64,000 nucleotides of DNA, taken from positions 124,001 to 188,000 of the forward strand of contig NZ_SMNA01000008.1 in assembly GCF_004353825.1 (NCBI RefSeq). Direction: 5' to 3'. Every line of letters begins with the position of its first letter. Position 1 is the stretch's first letter. Positions 50,114-59,790 of this stretch are shown piece by piece. The translations under genes and the position numbers were made by a program. The notes below the pieces were generated by a model that saw only the letters and a program-made list of their open reading frames with translations, was not told the origin of the DNA and did not search any database. The stretch comes from Occultella glacieicola. GTDB taxonomy: Bacteria; Actinomycetota; Actinomycetes; Actinomycetales; Beutenbergiaceae.

Positions 50114-51124
50114 ATGACGGCCCGTCCTCGCAGCACACGCGCCGCCCTCACCGCCCTCGTCGCCCTCGTGCTGCTGGCCCTGGCCGCGACCGGCGCGCCG
50201 CCCGCCCGCGCCACCACCGGCGGAGCTGCGAGCGCGACCGGGGTGGACGCCATCGCCTCCGAGGTGGACCTGACCGTCACCACGACGGGCGCGATCGGCG
50301 CGCTGCAACCCGTCATCGACCTGCTCACCGAGGACCCGATCCTGCGCGGCCAGACGGTCACGCGCGTGCAGGTCGGCACCCCGGCGGAGCCCAGCGGCAC
50401 CGAGTCCGACGCCGTCGGGCCGGTCTCCGTCGCCGACCTCGTGGTCATCGAGGCGGTCACGGCGGACACCGCGCGGGTCGAGAACGAGACCCTGTCGGCC
50501 CGGTCCGGCGTCGGTGGCGCGAACGTGACCCTGTTCGCCTACGAGGTGCTCGACGTCGGCCCGGTGACGGCCTCGGCCACGACCCACCCGACCGAGGCGC
50601 CCACCGCGGATGCGGCCGTCACCAGCCTGTCGGTGTTCGGCTCGTCCGTCACCATCCCGGACGGCGAGTTCGTCGACCTGGACCTGGCGCTCAGCACCGA
50701 CCAGGTCCTGGACCTGCTCGAGGAGCAGTTCCCGGGACTGTCCTCGATCACCCGGTTCATCGGCTCGGCGATCAGCGCCGACGGCGCGATCGAGGTCACG
50801 ATCGGCAGCGTTCACGAGGTCGACGAGGGGACGGGGTCCGCCCGCGCCGTGGGGTTGAGCGCCGAGGTCGGCCTCGACCTCCACCTGGAATTGTGCCTGC
50901 CCGACTCCGACGGCGGTTGCCGCGGATCGGTGGCGATCAGCACGAACGCGACCGTGCTCGACCTCACGTTGGCCGAGGCCGCCGTCGAGCGACCCGAGGC
51001 GCTGCCCGAACCGGCGAGCGTGAACGGGTGGGTGATCGCCGCGATCGTCGTCGCGGTCGCCGCGGTCGGCGTGACGATCGGGGTGATCGTGGGCACCCGG
51101 CGGGCTCGCCGGCAGGGCGCATGA
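50114..51124 (+). CDS. secreted/surface-anchored hypothetical protein
   Basis: signal peptide, beta-rich body, C-terminal TM helix with RRARR tail. Confidence 0.75.
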   Translation: MTARPRSTRAALTALVALVLLALAATGAPPARATTGGAASATGVDAIASEVDLTVTTTGAIGALQPVIDLLTEDPILRGQTVTRVQVGTPAEPSGTESDAVGPVSVADLVVIEAVTADTARVENETLSARSGVGGANVTLFAYEVLDVGPVTASATTHPTEAPTADAAVTSLSVFGSSVTIPDGEFVDLDLALSTDQVLDLLEEQFPGLSSITRFIGSAISADGAIEVTIGSVHEVDEGTGSARAVGLSAEVGLDLHLELCLPDSDGGCRGSVAISTNATVLDLTLAEAAVERPEALPEPASVNGWVIAAIVVAVAAVGVTIGVIVGTRRARRQGA

Positions 51125-51705
51125 GGTTGTTCGCCGCGATCCGTCCGCCGGTGCCAGTGCTCGCGCAGCTCGGTGCGGCGACCACCGCGCTGCGGATCGG
51201 CGCCGGCTCGCCGCTGCGGTGGGTGCCGACCGAGCAGCAGCACGTCACCGTCGCGTTCTTCGGGGAGGTGCCCGGCGGCGCAGCCTCCGATCTCGAGGGG
51301 CCGCTGGCGCGGGTGGTGGCCGGCTTCGCGCCGCTGGAGCTGCGACTGCGCGGGGCGGGGGAGTTCGCGGGCCGCTCGCTCTGGGTGGGGGTCGGCGATG
51401 GTGGCACCGGCGGCCCGGGTACCGGCGACCTGCCGCGGTTGCTGGCGCTCATGGCCGCAGCCGACGGCCTGCCGTACGCGCAGGAGCGTGACCGCCGGCG
51501 GGCGCACCTGAGTGTGGCGCGTCGCTCACGCCGGGCCGCGGACGTCGATCTGCACGCCCTCGCCCGCGTGCTCTCGGTGTACTCCGGGCCGGCCTGGGTG
51601 GCCGAGGAGGTCGAGCTGGTGGCCTCCCAGCTCGGCGCGGGCCCCGGCGGCGGGCCGTTGCACGAGGTGATCGACAGGTTTCCGCTGCGCGGCTACGGCA
51701 CCTGA
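51121..51705 (+). CDS. thpR: RNA 2',3'-cyclic phosphodiesterase (2H family)
   Basis: MRLFAAI.PP, HVT and HLS 2H motifs. Confidence 0.85.
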   Translation: MRLFAAIRPPVPVLAQLGAATTALRIGAGSPLRWVPTEQQHVTVAFFGEVPGGAASDLEGPLARVVAGFAPLELRLRGAGEFAGRSLWVGVGDGGTGGPGTGDLPRLLALMAAADGLPYAQERDRRRAHLSVARRSRRAADVDLHALARVLSVYSGPAWVAEEVELVASQLGAGPGGGPLHEVIDRFPLRGYGT

Positions 51706-51743
51706 CCCTCGCCGTCGGGCCCCGGTCACGGCAGACTGGGCGG

Positions 51744-52805
51744 ATGCGCCTGCCGATCGACCTGCCCGTCACCCCGATGCTCGCGAAGGCCGTCAAGGCG
51801 GTGCCCGCACCGGACGCCGTCGAGGGCGGCTACTCCTACGAACCGAAGTGGGACGGGTTCCGCGGCATCATCCTGCGCGACGGCGACGAGGTGGAGATCG
51901 CCTCCCGGGGCAGCAAGCCGCTGACGCGGTACTTCCCCGAACTCGTCGAAGCGGTCACGGCGCACCTGCCGTCCCGGTGCGCCGTGGACGGCGAGATCGT
52001 GGTCCGCTCGGGGGAGGCGGGCAGCCAGCGGTTGGACTGGGAGGCGCTCTCGCAGCGGATCCATCCCGCGGACTCGAGGGTGCGACGCCTGGCCGCGGAG
52101 ACGCCGTCGGAGTTCGTGGCGTTCGACCTGCTCGCGCTCGGCGACGACGATCTCATGGGCGAGGCGTTCTCGGTGCGGCGGGCACGCCTCGAGGCCATGT
52201 TCGACGCCGTGTCCCCGGGTGCGCCGATCCACCTCACCCGGGTCACCGGTGACGACGCGGTCGCGAACGACTGGTTCGAGCGGTTCGAGGGGGCGGGGCT
52301 CGACGGTGTCGTCGCCAAGCCGCTCGCGCAGCCGTACGCGCCCGGCAAGCGCACGATGCTCAAGATCAAGCACGCCCGCACGGCGGACGCGGTGCTCGTG
52401 GGCTACCGCGTGCACAAGAGCGGGCAGGGCGTCGGGTCGTTGCTGCTCGGCATGTACACCGAGGACGGGAGCCTGGTGAACGTCGGCGGCATCTCGGCGT
52501 TCACGAACGCCCGGCGCCTCGAACTCGTGGACGAACTGGACGAGCTCGTGGCGCGCGGTGACGACGGCGCGGCCGTGCGCGGCGAGACCGACCGGTCCCG
52601 GTTCAGCGCCAGCAAGGACGTCTCGTTCGTGCGGTTGCGTCCGGAACGGGTGGTCGAGGTCGCGTTCGACCAGCTGGAGGGGTGGCGGTTCCGGCACTCG
52701 GTGACCTTCCTGCGCTGGCGCCCGGACCGGGACCCGGAGTCCTGCCTGATCGACCAGGTGGACCGGGCGGTCGCCTACGACCTGGACGCCGTGCTGGCGA
52801 GGTAG
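51744..52805 (+). CDS. ligC: ATP-dependent DNA ligase LigC
   Basis: PMLAK, EPKWDGFR, RIHPA.SR, DGVVAK, RWRPDR. Confidence 0.92.
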   Translation: MRLPIDLPVTPMLAKAVKAVPAPDAVEGGYSYEPKWDGFRGIILRDGDEVEIASRGSKPLTRYFPELVEAVTAHLPSRCAVDGEIVVRSGEAGSQRLDWEALSQRIHPADSRVRRLAAETPSEFVAFDLLALGDDDLMGEAFSVRRARLEAMFDAVSPGAPIHLTRVTGDDAVANDWFERFEGAGLDGVVAKPLAQPYAPGKRTMLKIKHARTADAVLVGYRVHKSGQGVGSLLLGMYTEDGSLVNVGGISAFTNARRLELVDELDELVARGDDGAAVRGETDRSRFSASKDVSFVRLRPERVVEVAFDQLEGWRFRHSVTFLRWRPDRDPESCLIDQVDRAVAYDLDAVLAR

Positions 52806-52810
52806 GCAGC

Positions 52811-53587
52811 GTGGCTGGCGGGCAGACGGACCTGGCTCTCGACGAGCACCTGAACGCGATCGCGGCGGGTGCCGACCGGATGCTCGCCGAGCATGCCCGG
52901 TCCGGTCCGGACGCCGGGGTGCCGACCTGCCCGGCGTGGACCGCGGACAAGCTCCTGGCGCACCAGGCGATGGTGCACCGGTGGGCGGCCGCGAACGTGC
53001 GCGGTGAGGGGTCCCGGCCCCCGATCACGCAGACCCGGATCCTCGCGGAGGTCCCGGACCTGCGCGGCTACCTGCGGGAGGGGGCCGAGGCCCTGGTCTC
53101 CGCGATCACCGGGGCCGACGACGACCTGAGGGCGATGACCTTCCTCGACGACGCGCCACCGCCGCGGCGGTTCTGGGCCCGGCGCCAGGCGCACGAGACC
53201 ACCATCCACGCCGTCGACGCGCTCGCGGCCGCCCTCGGCAGGGTGCCGACGGCCGCCGAGGCCGGCCTGCCCGTCGAGCTCGCCGCCGATGGCATCGACG
53301 AACTGCTGCGCGGGTTCGTCCCTCGGGGTACGAAGACGAGCCCGCTCTACGGAGGTGAGATGTTCGCCTTCGCCGTGCGGCCGTCGGACGCCGTCGCGAA
53401 CTGGACCGTCCGGGTCGGCGACGGTCCGCTGGTGACCACGCGAGGCGCCGCCGGTGAGGTCGACGCCGAGCTCACCGGCACCGCGGCGCAGTTGTACCTC
53501 GGACTCTGGAACCGTGGTGCGGAGATCGTCGAGTCCGGCGAGCGCGAGATCCTGCGCCGGTTCGCCGACGTGCGGGTGCGGTGGTGA
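52811..53587 (+). CDS. mycothiol-dependent maleylpyruvate isomerase family protein
   Basis: VPTCPAWT..LL.H...HRWA, RRQAHET.IH.VD, ADGIDE. Confidence 0.85.
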   Translation: MAGGQTDLALDEHLNAIAAGADRMLAEHARSGPDAGVPTCPAWTADKLLAHQAMVHRWAAANVRGEGSRPPITQTRILAEVPDLRGYLREGAEALVSAITGADDDLRAMTFLDDAPPPRRFWARRQAHETTIHAVDALAAALGRVPTAAEAGLPVELAADGIDELLRGFVPRGTKTSPLYGGEMFAFAVRPSDAVANWTVRVGDGPLVTTRGAAGEVDAELTGTAAQLYLGLWNRGAEIVESGEREILRRFADVRVRW

Positions 53588-53717
53588 ACGGGCCGTCCCG
53601 AACGGCGCGGTCCGGAGCGCCGGCGCCCGGACCTGTGGTGCGGTCGCGACGGTCGCGCTAGTGTGCGGCGCATCGCGGGTCACCGACGGCCTGCCGAGAC
53701 GAATGCGGGGGCGTGGG

Positions 53718-54197
53718 ATGTCGAGAGCGCGACGAGGCGTGGTGATGACCTTCCTGGTCGGGGTGCTGCTGGTGCTGGCCGGCTGTTCCGACGGTGCCGG
53801 CCCGACGACGGCGGTGCCCGGGGACTGTCTGGTCGAGGCGAGCGGTGCGGATGACATGAACGTCGTCGAGTGCGCCGACGCGGAGGCGAAGTGGTCGGTC
53901 CTCGCGGTTGCCGACACCACCGACGACACTGTGTGTGCCGACCAGCCGGACGGCGACATCTACCTGACGTTCGAGGACGAGGGGACGTCGGTGTGCCTGC
54001 GCCTGTTGGGCGCGGTGGGTGACTGCGCCTGGACGGACTTCTCGGGACTCGCCGACTGCGAGGAGGACTCCGGCTACCAGCTCGCCGCGATCCTCGAGGA
54101 CACCGACGACGAGTCCGGCTGCCCGGCCGAGACCGAGCAGGTGCGGGTCTACAGCGACCCGAGCGTGTACTGCTGGATCCGCTGGCCGGCCTCGTGA
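53718..54197 (+). CDS. Cys-rich LppU-like lipoprotein
   Basis: LAGC lipobox, two GDC repeats. Confidence 0.7.
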   Translation: MSRARRGVVMTFLVGVLLVLAGCSDGAGPTTAVPGDCLVEASGADDMNVVECADAEAKWSVLAVADTTDDTVCADQPDGDIYLTFEDEGTSVCLRLLGAVGDCAWTDFSGLADCEEDSGYQLAAILEDTDDESGCPAETEQVRVYSDPSVYCWIRWPAS

Positions 54198-54220
54198 CCG
54201 GCAGTCCCTGATCGCCGACG

Positions 54221-54568
54221 GTGAATCGCTCCGCACTGTCCACGGCAGCCAGTTGCCGCCTGCTCACGACCGGGCGGCGGTCCGGGCGCCCCCATGTGGT
54301 CTCGGTGTGGTTCGTGCTCGCCGGGGACACGGTGTTCGTGCTGGCCCGAGGCCCCGGGACCGACTGGGTCCGCAACGTCCGTGCCGAACCGGTGGTCGAG
54401 GTCCGTCATCGGCGCACCGTGCTGCCCGGGCGCGCCCGCCTCGTGACCGACGAGGCGGAGAGTCGCCGGGCCCAGACCGCCTGGCAGGCCAAGTACGCCG
54501 GCCGGCTCGCGGACCTGCCCGCGTACTCGCCCGAGGCCACGGTGGTCGCGGTCGACCTCGATCACTGA
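54221..54568 (+). CDS. F420/deazaflavin-dependent nitroreductase-like (split barrel) protein
   Basis: TTGRRSG.P..V.VWF, DWVRNV.A.P. Confidence 0.75.
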   Translation: MNRSALSTAASCRLLTTGRRSGRPHVVSVWFVLAGDTVFVLARGPGTDWVRNVRAEPVVEVRHRRTVLPGRARLVTDEAESRRAQTAWQAKYAGRLADLPAYSPEATVVAVDLDH

Positions 54569-54604
54569 CCTCGATCAGCGGTCGCGATCACCGAGCCCGG
54601 CCGG

Positions 54605-55687
54605 TCACTGCTCGATCCGGTTGCCGTCGGAGTCCCAGTGCTCGGCGACCTTCTTGCTCGGCTGCACCCGAGGGGGCTCGCCGGGCTGCTTCGGGTAGTC
54701 CGGCGGCCAGTTCAGCTCGCCGCCGGGCAGCTCCTCCCAGAGCCGCAGCAGCGGCTCGATCGAGTAGGCCCGGTCGTCCATGTCGGCCCACGGGTCGCCG
54801 TCGGCGAGGTAGTCCGGCACGGTGGTCAGGTTGAAGTCGCGCGGGTCCCCGACCTCGGCGAGACCCGCCCAGGTCATCGGCGTGCTGACTGGGGCGCCCG
54901 GCCGGGCCCGCAGGCTCCAGGCGCTCGCGATCGTCCGGTCCCGCAGGTTCTGGTTGTAGTCCAGGAACAGCCGGGACCCGCGTTCCTCCTTCCACCAGGC
55001 CGTGGTGACCCCGCCGTCGCGCCGCTCCAGCTCGCGTCCGAGGCCGATCGCCGCATGCCGCACCTCGTCGAAGGTCCAGTTCGGTTGGATCCGCACGAAG
55101 ATGTGCACGCCACGGTTCCCACTGGTCTTGGGGTAGCCGCGCAGGCCGAGCTCCTCGAGCAACTCCCGGGTCACGTCGGCCACCCGCTGGGCGTCGGCGA
55201 AACCCGTGCCCGGCTGCGGGTCCAGATCCAGCCGGAGCTCGTCGGGGTGGTCGACGTCGGGCCGGCGCACCGGCCAGGGGTGGAACGTGAGCGCACCCAT
55301 GTGCCCGGCCCAGACCAGCGCGGCGGGCTCGGTCGGACAGAGCTCGTCCGCCGTCCGGCCGCTCGGGAACGCGATCCGCACCGTCTCCACGAAGTCCGGT
55401 GCGCCGCGGGGCAGCCGCTTCTGGTAGAAGCCGTCGGCATCCCGGTCCTGCGGGCCGACGGCCAGCCGCATGCCCTCGCGCCAGCCGTCGGGCCAGCGCT
55501 CCATGGCGGTCGGCCGCTCGCCGACGACCCGCATCAGCGCGTCACCGACCGCCGCGAAGTAGCGGCAGACCTCCAGCTTGGTGATCGCCGGGGTCGCAGA
55601 TGTCGCCTCATAGACGACCCGGTCCGGACTGGACACCCGCACCTCGCGCGTGCCGACCTCGACGGTGGCCGCTGGAGTCTTCGCCAT
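54605..55687 (-). CDS. LigD-type primase-polymerase (PrimPolC-like)
   Basis: DELRLDLDP, KTSGNRGVH, WWKEERG, DYNQN..DRTIAS. Confidence 0.92.
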   Translation of the reverse strand: MAKTPAATVEVGTREVRVSSPDRVVYEATSATPAITKLEVCRYFAAVGDALMRVVGERPTAMERWPDGWREGMRLAVGPQDRDADGFYQKRLPRGAPDFVETVRIAFPSGRTADELCPTEPAALVWAGHMGALTFHPWPVRRPDVDHPDELRLDLDPQPGTGFADAQRVADVTRELLEELGLRGYPKTSGNRGVHIFVRIQPNWTFDEVRHAAIGLGRELERRDGGVTTAWWKEERGSRLFLDYNQNLRDRTIASAWSLRARPGAPVSTPMTWAGLAEVGDPRDFNLTTVPDYLADGDPWADMDDRAYSIEPLLRLWEELPGGELNWPPDYPKQPGEPPRVQPSKKVAEHWDSDGNRIEQ

Positions 55688-55697
55688 GGCCGTCAGC

Positions 55698-56816
55698 CTA
55701 CGCGGACGCGCGCTCGCCGAGCCCGTACCGGTGCCCGGCGTAACCCCAGACGGCCAGGCCGAGCATCGGCCCCCAGAACCAGGCCGGGAAGATCAGTGCG
55801 CCCTGCAGGCCCATCATGAGCAGCAGCGGCACGGCGGCCCCGCACAGCATCAGGGCGACGAGCCCACCGGGGATGATCGCCGCGAGCGGGTGCACCGGCC
55901 GGTCGGTCGCGCCGGAGCCGCCGGGGAACCAGCGGGGCAGCCGCTCGCCCCAGCGGGCGATCAGCCCGAGGGTGAGCACGAAGCCGAACCAACCGGCCGC
56001 GCCGAGCATGAGGCCCTGGACGCGGACGCTCGGATCCAGCTCGGCCACCGGCCCGCCGAACTGCGGCCACGGGGTCAGCCAGGTCAACCGGATGACGGCG
56101 TACGGCAGTGGGCCGAGCGCGGCCAGCGCCGTGAACAGCACCCGGTGCCGCGTCACCCACGCCGTCGCGCGGCGGCCACGGCCGTCGGCGCGGGCATCCC
56201 GGATCAGCAGGGCACCCCAGGCCACCGCCGCGAGCAGGGGCAGCACCACGGACGCGATCGTCCACTGGATGCCCGGAAGCATGGGGGCCATCGTCTCGAC
56301 GTAGCCGGCCAGGGCTCCACGGATGACGATCCCACCGATGACGAGAGCCACGGCCACCACCAGCAGCATCGGTCGGGCGCCCCGGTAGGCACGGAAGGCG
56401 AGGATCCAGAGGGTGATCAGCACGAGCGGCAGCGCCCAGGCGACCACGTAGCCGAACGTACTGAGGGTGCCGGTGCCCTGGGCGAGGACGCCGAACACCA
56501 CCGCACTGACGGCGCCGACGGCAGTCGTGAGCGCGGCCGGGGACCGGCCGATCAGCCGGGAGCCGGCGGCGAGCACCCCGAGGCCACCGAGCGCCGCGAG
56601 CGTGGCCGTCATCGCGGTCGGCGACAGCAGGGCCGTGGCGAGCACGCCGTTGTCCGCCGTGTACTGGTTGATGCCGGGCCGGGCCAGGAACAGCAGACAC
56701 AGGGCGGTCACCGCCAGCGAACCGATGCCGGCCAGCAGGACCGGGATGCGGGATGCGGTCGGGACCCCCGCGGCGCGGGGATCGTGGTCGATCACGACCG
56801 GGGTTGTCCGGGGCAT
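55698..56816 (-). CDS. multi-pass membrane protein, hypothetical
   Basis: about 9 TM segments, GL..RWGE..PRW, WGP.L..A..GY; AGGAG RBS. Confidence 0.75.
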   Translation of the reverse strand: MPRTTPVVIDHDPRAAGVPTASRIPVLLAGIGSLAVTALCLLFLARPGINQYTADNGVLATALLSPTAMTATLAALGGLGVLAAGSRLIGRSPAALTTAVGAVSAVVFGVLAQGTGTLSTFGYVVAWALPLVLITLWILAFRAYRGARPMLLVVAVALVIGGIVIRGALAGYVETMAPMLPGIQWTIASVVLPLLAAVAWGALLIRDARADGRGRRATAWVTRHRVLFTALAALGPLPYAVIRLTWLTPWPQFGGPVAELDPSVRVQGLMLGAAGWFGFVLTLGLIARWGERLPRWFPGGSGATDRPVHPLAAIIPGGLVALMLCGAAVPLLLMMGLQGALIFPAWFWGPMLGLAVWGYAGHRYGLGERASA

Positions 56817-56918
56817 GGTGCCCCTCCTCTCGTAGCAGCGTGCTGCCACGATCGCGCCGACCACCCGGTGCGCGGCTCCCCCGAGTGGGGGAGCGGGCGT
56901 CCCGTAGGAGGGAGAACG

Positions 56919-56960
56919 CCGACGGCGGCGCTCACCTCGGGAGGTGAGCGCCGCCGTCGG
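56919..56960 (-). terminator. perfect 20-bp-arm hairpin after the aminotransferase gene
   Basis: CCGACGGCGGCGCTCACCTC-gg-GAGGTGAGCGCCGCCGTCGG. Confidence 0.75.
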
Positions 56961-56980
56961 GCAGTGCGTGGACTGTCGGG

Positions 56981-58072
56981 CTAGAGGGAGGCGTACGCCT
57001 GCGCGAGGCGGGTGACGCCCTCGTCGATCTCGTCCGGGGTGACGCCGGAGTAGGCGATCCGGATCGAGTTCTTCGCGCCGTCGAGCAGGAAGTCGCTGCC
57101 CTTGACGATCGCCAGACCACGGGCAGCGGCCGCGTCGAACAGGGCGTCGCCGTCGGTGCCCTCGGGGAACTCCACCCAGAGGAAGTAGCCACCCTCGGGG
57201 TCCACGAACCTCGCGTCCGGGATCTGCGCGCGCAGCCCGTCGGCGAGCCGCGCGGCCCGCTCGGCGAGCGCCGTCTTCACGGTCGCGATGGAGGTCTCGA
57301 AGGACCCGCCGCGCACGAACTCGTTCACGATCGACTGGGCGACCATGTTCGGGGAGATGTAGGTGCCGGTGGCGAGCTTCGCGATCTTCGCGATCAGGTC
57401 CTCGTCGCCGACCAGGTAGCCGACCCGGATCCCCGGGCAGACGGTCTTGGAGAAGGAGGACGCGTAGACGACCTCGCCGGAGGTGGACAGCGAGAGCATC
57501 GTGGGCTGGGACTCGCCGGAGAACCGGAGCTCGACGTAGGGGTCGTCCTCGAAGATCGTGACGTCGTACTCCCGGGCGAGCGCCACCAGGGCGCGGCGCT
57601 TGTCCCCGGACAGGGAGTACCCGGCCGGGTTCTGGAAGTTCGGGATCAGGTGGGCCAGGCGCACGTCGGTGCCGCCGGCGAGCAGGTCGGCGAACGCGCG
57701 CACGTTGACGCCGTCCTCCTCCAGTTCGAGCGCGCGCAGGTCCGCCTGGCGGCCCTTCAGGGAGAGCAGGGTGCGGTCGTAGGACGGTCGCTCCACGACC
57801 ACCGTGTCACCGGCGGAGACGAGGGTCTCGAACAGGAACGCGTCCGCCTGCATGGAGCCGTTCGTGACCAGCACCTGGTTCTCGGACACGCCATGCCGCT
57901 CCGCGATCCAGGCGCGCAGCGGCTTGTAGCCGACCGAGGTGCCGTAGGCGAACGTGCCGGCCGGGTCCGTGGTGAACGCACGGTCGGCGGCGGCGCGCAG
58001 CCCCTCGGTGTCGATGATGTCGAGGGAGGGGGCGCCGCGGGCGAACGAGATGGGGGCGGGTTCGGTGGCCAT
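56981..58072 (-). CDS. PLP-dependent aminotransferase (ARO8/LysN-like)
   Basis: PNFQNPAG, EDDPY, SFSKT..PG.RVG. Confidence 0.9.
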   Translation of the reverse strand: MATEPAPISFARGAPSLDIIDTEGLRAAADRAFTTDPAGTFAYGTSVGYKPLRAWIAERHGVSENQVLVTNGSMQADAFLFETLVSAGDTVVVERPSYDRTLLSLKGRQADLRALELEEDGVNVRAFADLLAGGTDVRLAHLIPNFQNPAGYSLSGDKRRALVALAREYDVTIFEDDPYVELRFSGESQPTMLSLSTSGEVVYASSFSKTVCPGIRVGYLVGDEDLIAKIAKLATGTYISPNMVAQSIVNEFVRGGSFETSIATVKTALAERAARLADGLRAQIPDARFVDPEGGYFLWVEFPEGTDGDALFDAAAARGLAIVKGSDFLLDGAKNSIRIAYSGVTPDEIDEGVTRLAQAYASL

Positions 58073-58260
58073 GGCGACCAGCGTAGTTCCCGGGTGCCGG
58101 GCGTCGCCAAACCGTCTCGCAGCGCGGCCACGCGAGACTCGGCGAGTGCGTTCCGACCTCGCCGGGCGGGACAGCCGCGTCCTGTCAGTGCTCCAGCCCT
58201 CGAATCAGTCGGGGCCCGCCGACTGACTCGGGGCGTACCCGACTGACAGTGGCGCGGGAC

Positions 58261-58983
58261 TCACCGCGGCCGGTCCTCGGCGGCGTCGTCGGTGTTCTCC
58301 TCGGTCGTGGTGGCCTCGTGGGCGAGCCGGGCACGTTTGCGCAGCCGGACGATGACGAACCACACGATCAGGCCCGCGATCGCGATGAGCACGAGGTTCG
58401 AGATGACCCCGCTCCAGCGCTCGAGCACCGGCTCGATGGCCGGGCCGAACGCGAAGCCCAGGCCGATCCAGATCGTGTTCCAGATCAGCGACCCGAGGAA
58501 TGTGTACAGCGAGAACTTCCACAGGGCCATCCGCTCGATCCCTGCGGGGATCGAGATGAACGAGCGGACCAGCGGTACGCACCGCCCGGTGAAGACCGCG
58601 ACCCCGCCCCAGCGGGAGAAGAACGCCTCGGCCTTGTCGAAGTCGGCCACCTCGACCAGCGGCATCTTCTCGAAGATCCAGCGGGTCCGGTTCCGGCCCA
58701 GCGCGGCGCCCAGGCCGTACCAGATCCAACCGCCGATCAAGCCGGCCAGCGTCGCCGCGAACAGGGCCCACCAGAAGTTCATCCGGCCCGCGTAGGCGAG
58801 GAAGCCGGCGCCGGGCAGGATCGCCTCGGAGGGGATCGGCGGGAAGAACGTCTCGATCAGCACCGCGAGCCCCACGCCGACCTCGCCCACGGTCGTCATC
58901 AACGAGAGCACCCACCCGATGAACCCCTCGTACTCGGCGGCGGGGTCGCCCGTCTGCATGGGGAGGTGGGCAAGCGCGCGCAT
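58261..58983 (-). CDS. DedA family protein
   Basis: ETFFPPIPSE, GR.VP.VRSFISIPAG. Confidence 0.92.
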   Translation of the reverse strand: MRALAHLPMQTGDPAAEYEGFIGWVLSLMTTVGEVGVGLAVLIETFFPPIPSEAILPGAGFLAYAGRMNFWWALFAATLAGLIGGWIWYGLGAALGRNRTRWIFEKMPLVEVADFDKAEAFFSRWGGVAVFTGRCVPLVRSFISIPAGIERMALWKFSLYTFLGSLIWNTIWIGLGFAFGPAIEPVLERWSGVISNLVLIAIAGLIVWFVIVRLRKRARLAHEATTTEENTDDAAEDRPR

Positions 58984-59137
58984 GGAACTCCTCGGAGGAT
59001 CGGGCCGGCGATGTCAGCGCAGGTGCGGCGGTCGCCTTCGACCCAAGGTTCTCACGCCTGCTCGCGCTGCCACCTCCCACCACGGTCGTAGCATCCGTGG
59101 GACCGTGGGCGGACCCGGGCCGCCCGCACCCACTGGC

Positions 59138-59713
59138 CTACTGACCCACGCGTCCGTCGACCCGTTCCCGGATCAGGTCCGCATGGCCGCAGTGCCGGGA
59201 GTACTCCTCGATCATGTGGATCAGCACCTGACGTAGCGGGGTCTGCCCGTCCGCACCGATCCAGCCGAGGTCGTCGTGGGCGGCGACGAACGCCTCCGAG
59301 TTCGCGACCTCCGCGCGCCATGTGGCCCACGCCTCCTCGACCACGGCGGCGTCGGCGACCGCGCCGCTGAACTCGGTGTCGATGCCGTCGACCACGTAGG
59401 GCGCCGGTACCTCCTCCCCGGCGAGGATGCGACGGAACCAACTCCGCTCCACACCTGCGAGGTGGCGCACCAGTCCGAGCAGGGAGAGATCCGACGGCGG
59501 CACGGACGCCTTCGCGAGACCGGCCGGATCGAGCCCGGCGCACTTCAGCTCGAGGGTGAGCCGGTAGTCGCTCAGGAAGCCGAGCAGCATGGCCCGCTCG
59601 GTGTTCTCGAAGCCGCCGTCCTGGCGCGGATCCTCCTCCTCGGGCACGAACATGTCCCACCAGCCGAACCTGCGCTCCGGGAGCTCCTGACCGACCTCGT
59701 CGCGGGTGACCAT
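59138..59713 (-). CDS. DinB family (DUF664) protein
   Basis: SLLGLVRHL..VE..WF, HMIEEY.RH.GHAD..RE..DG. Confidence 0.9.
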   Translation of the reverse strand: MVTRDEVGQELPERRFGWWDMFVPEEEDPRQDGGFENTERAMLLGFLSDYRLTLELKCAGLDPAGLAKASVPPSDLSLLGLVRHLAGVERSWFRRILAGEEVPAPYVVDGIDTEFSGAVADAAVVEEAWATWRAEVANSEAFVAAHDDLGWIGADGQTPLRQVLIHMIEEYSRHCGHADLIRERVDGRVGQ

Positions 59714-59790
59714 GCTCCGAGCCTGCCTCCGGCGGCCGGATGGGGCAAGGACAATTGGCGGCCGGGCGGGCGGCCGGGCGGGTGGATCGG

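Noticed and set aside
48347..50884. Long antisense or alternate-frame ORFs (e.g. 845 aa here, 10325-12664, 14208-16085)
   Set aside because: Shadow ORFs typical of very high GC DNA overlapping well-supported genes
58182..58250. Paired inverted repeats after dedA as ncRNA
   Set aside because: Most simply terminator or REP-like hairpins; no further support
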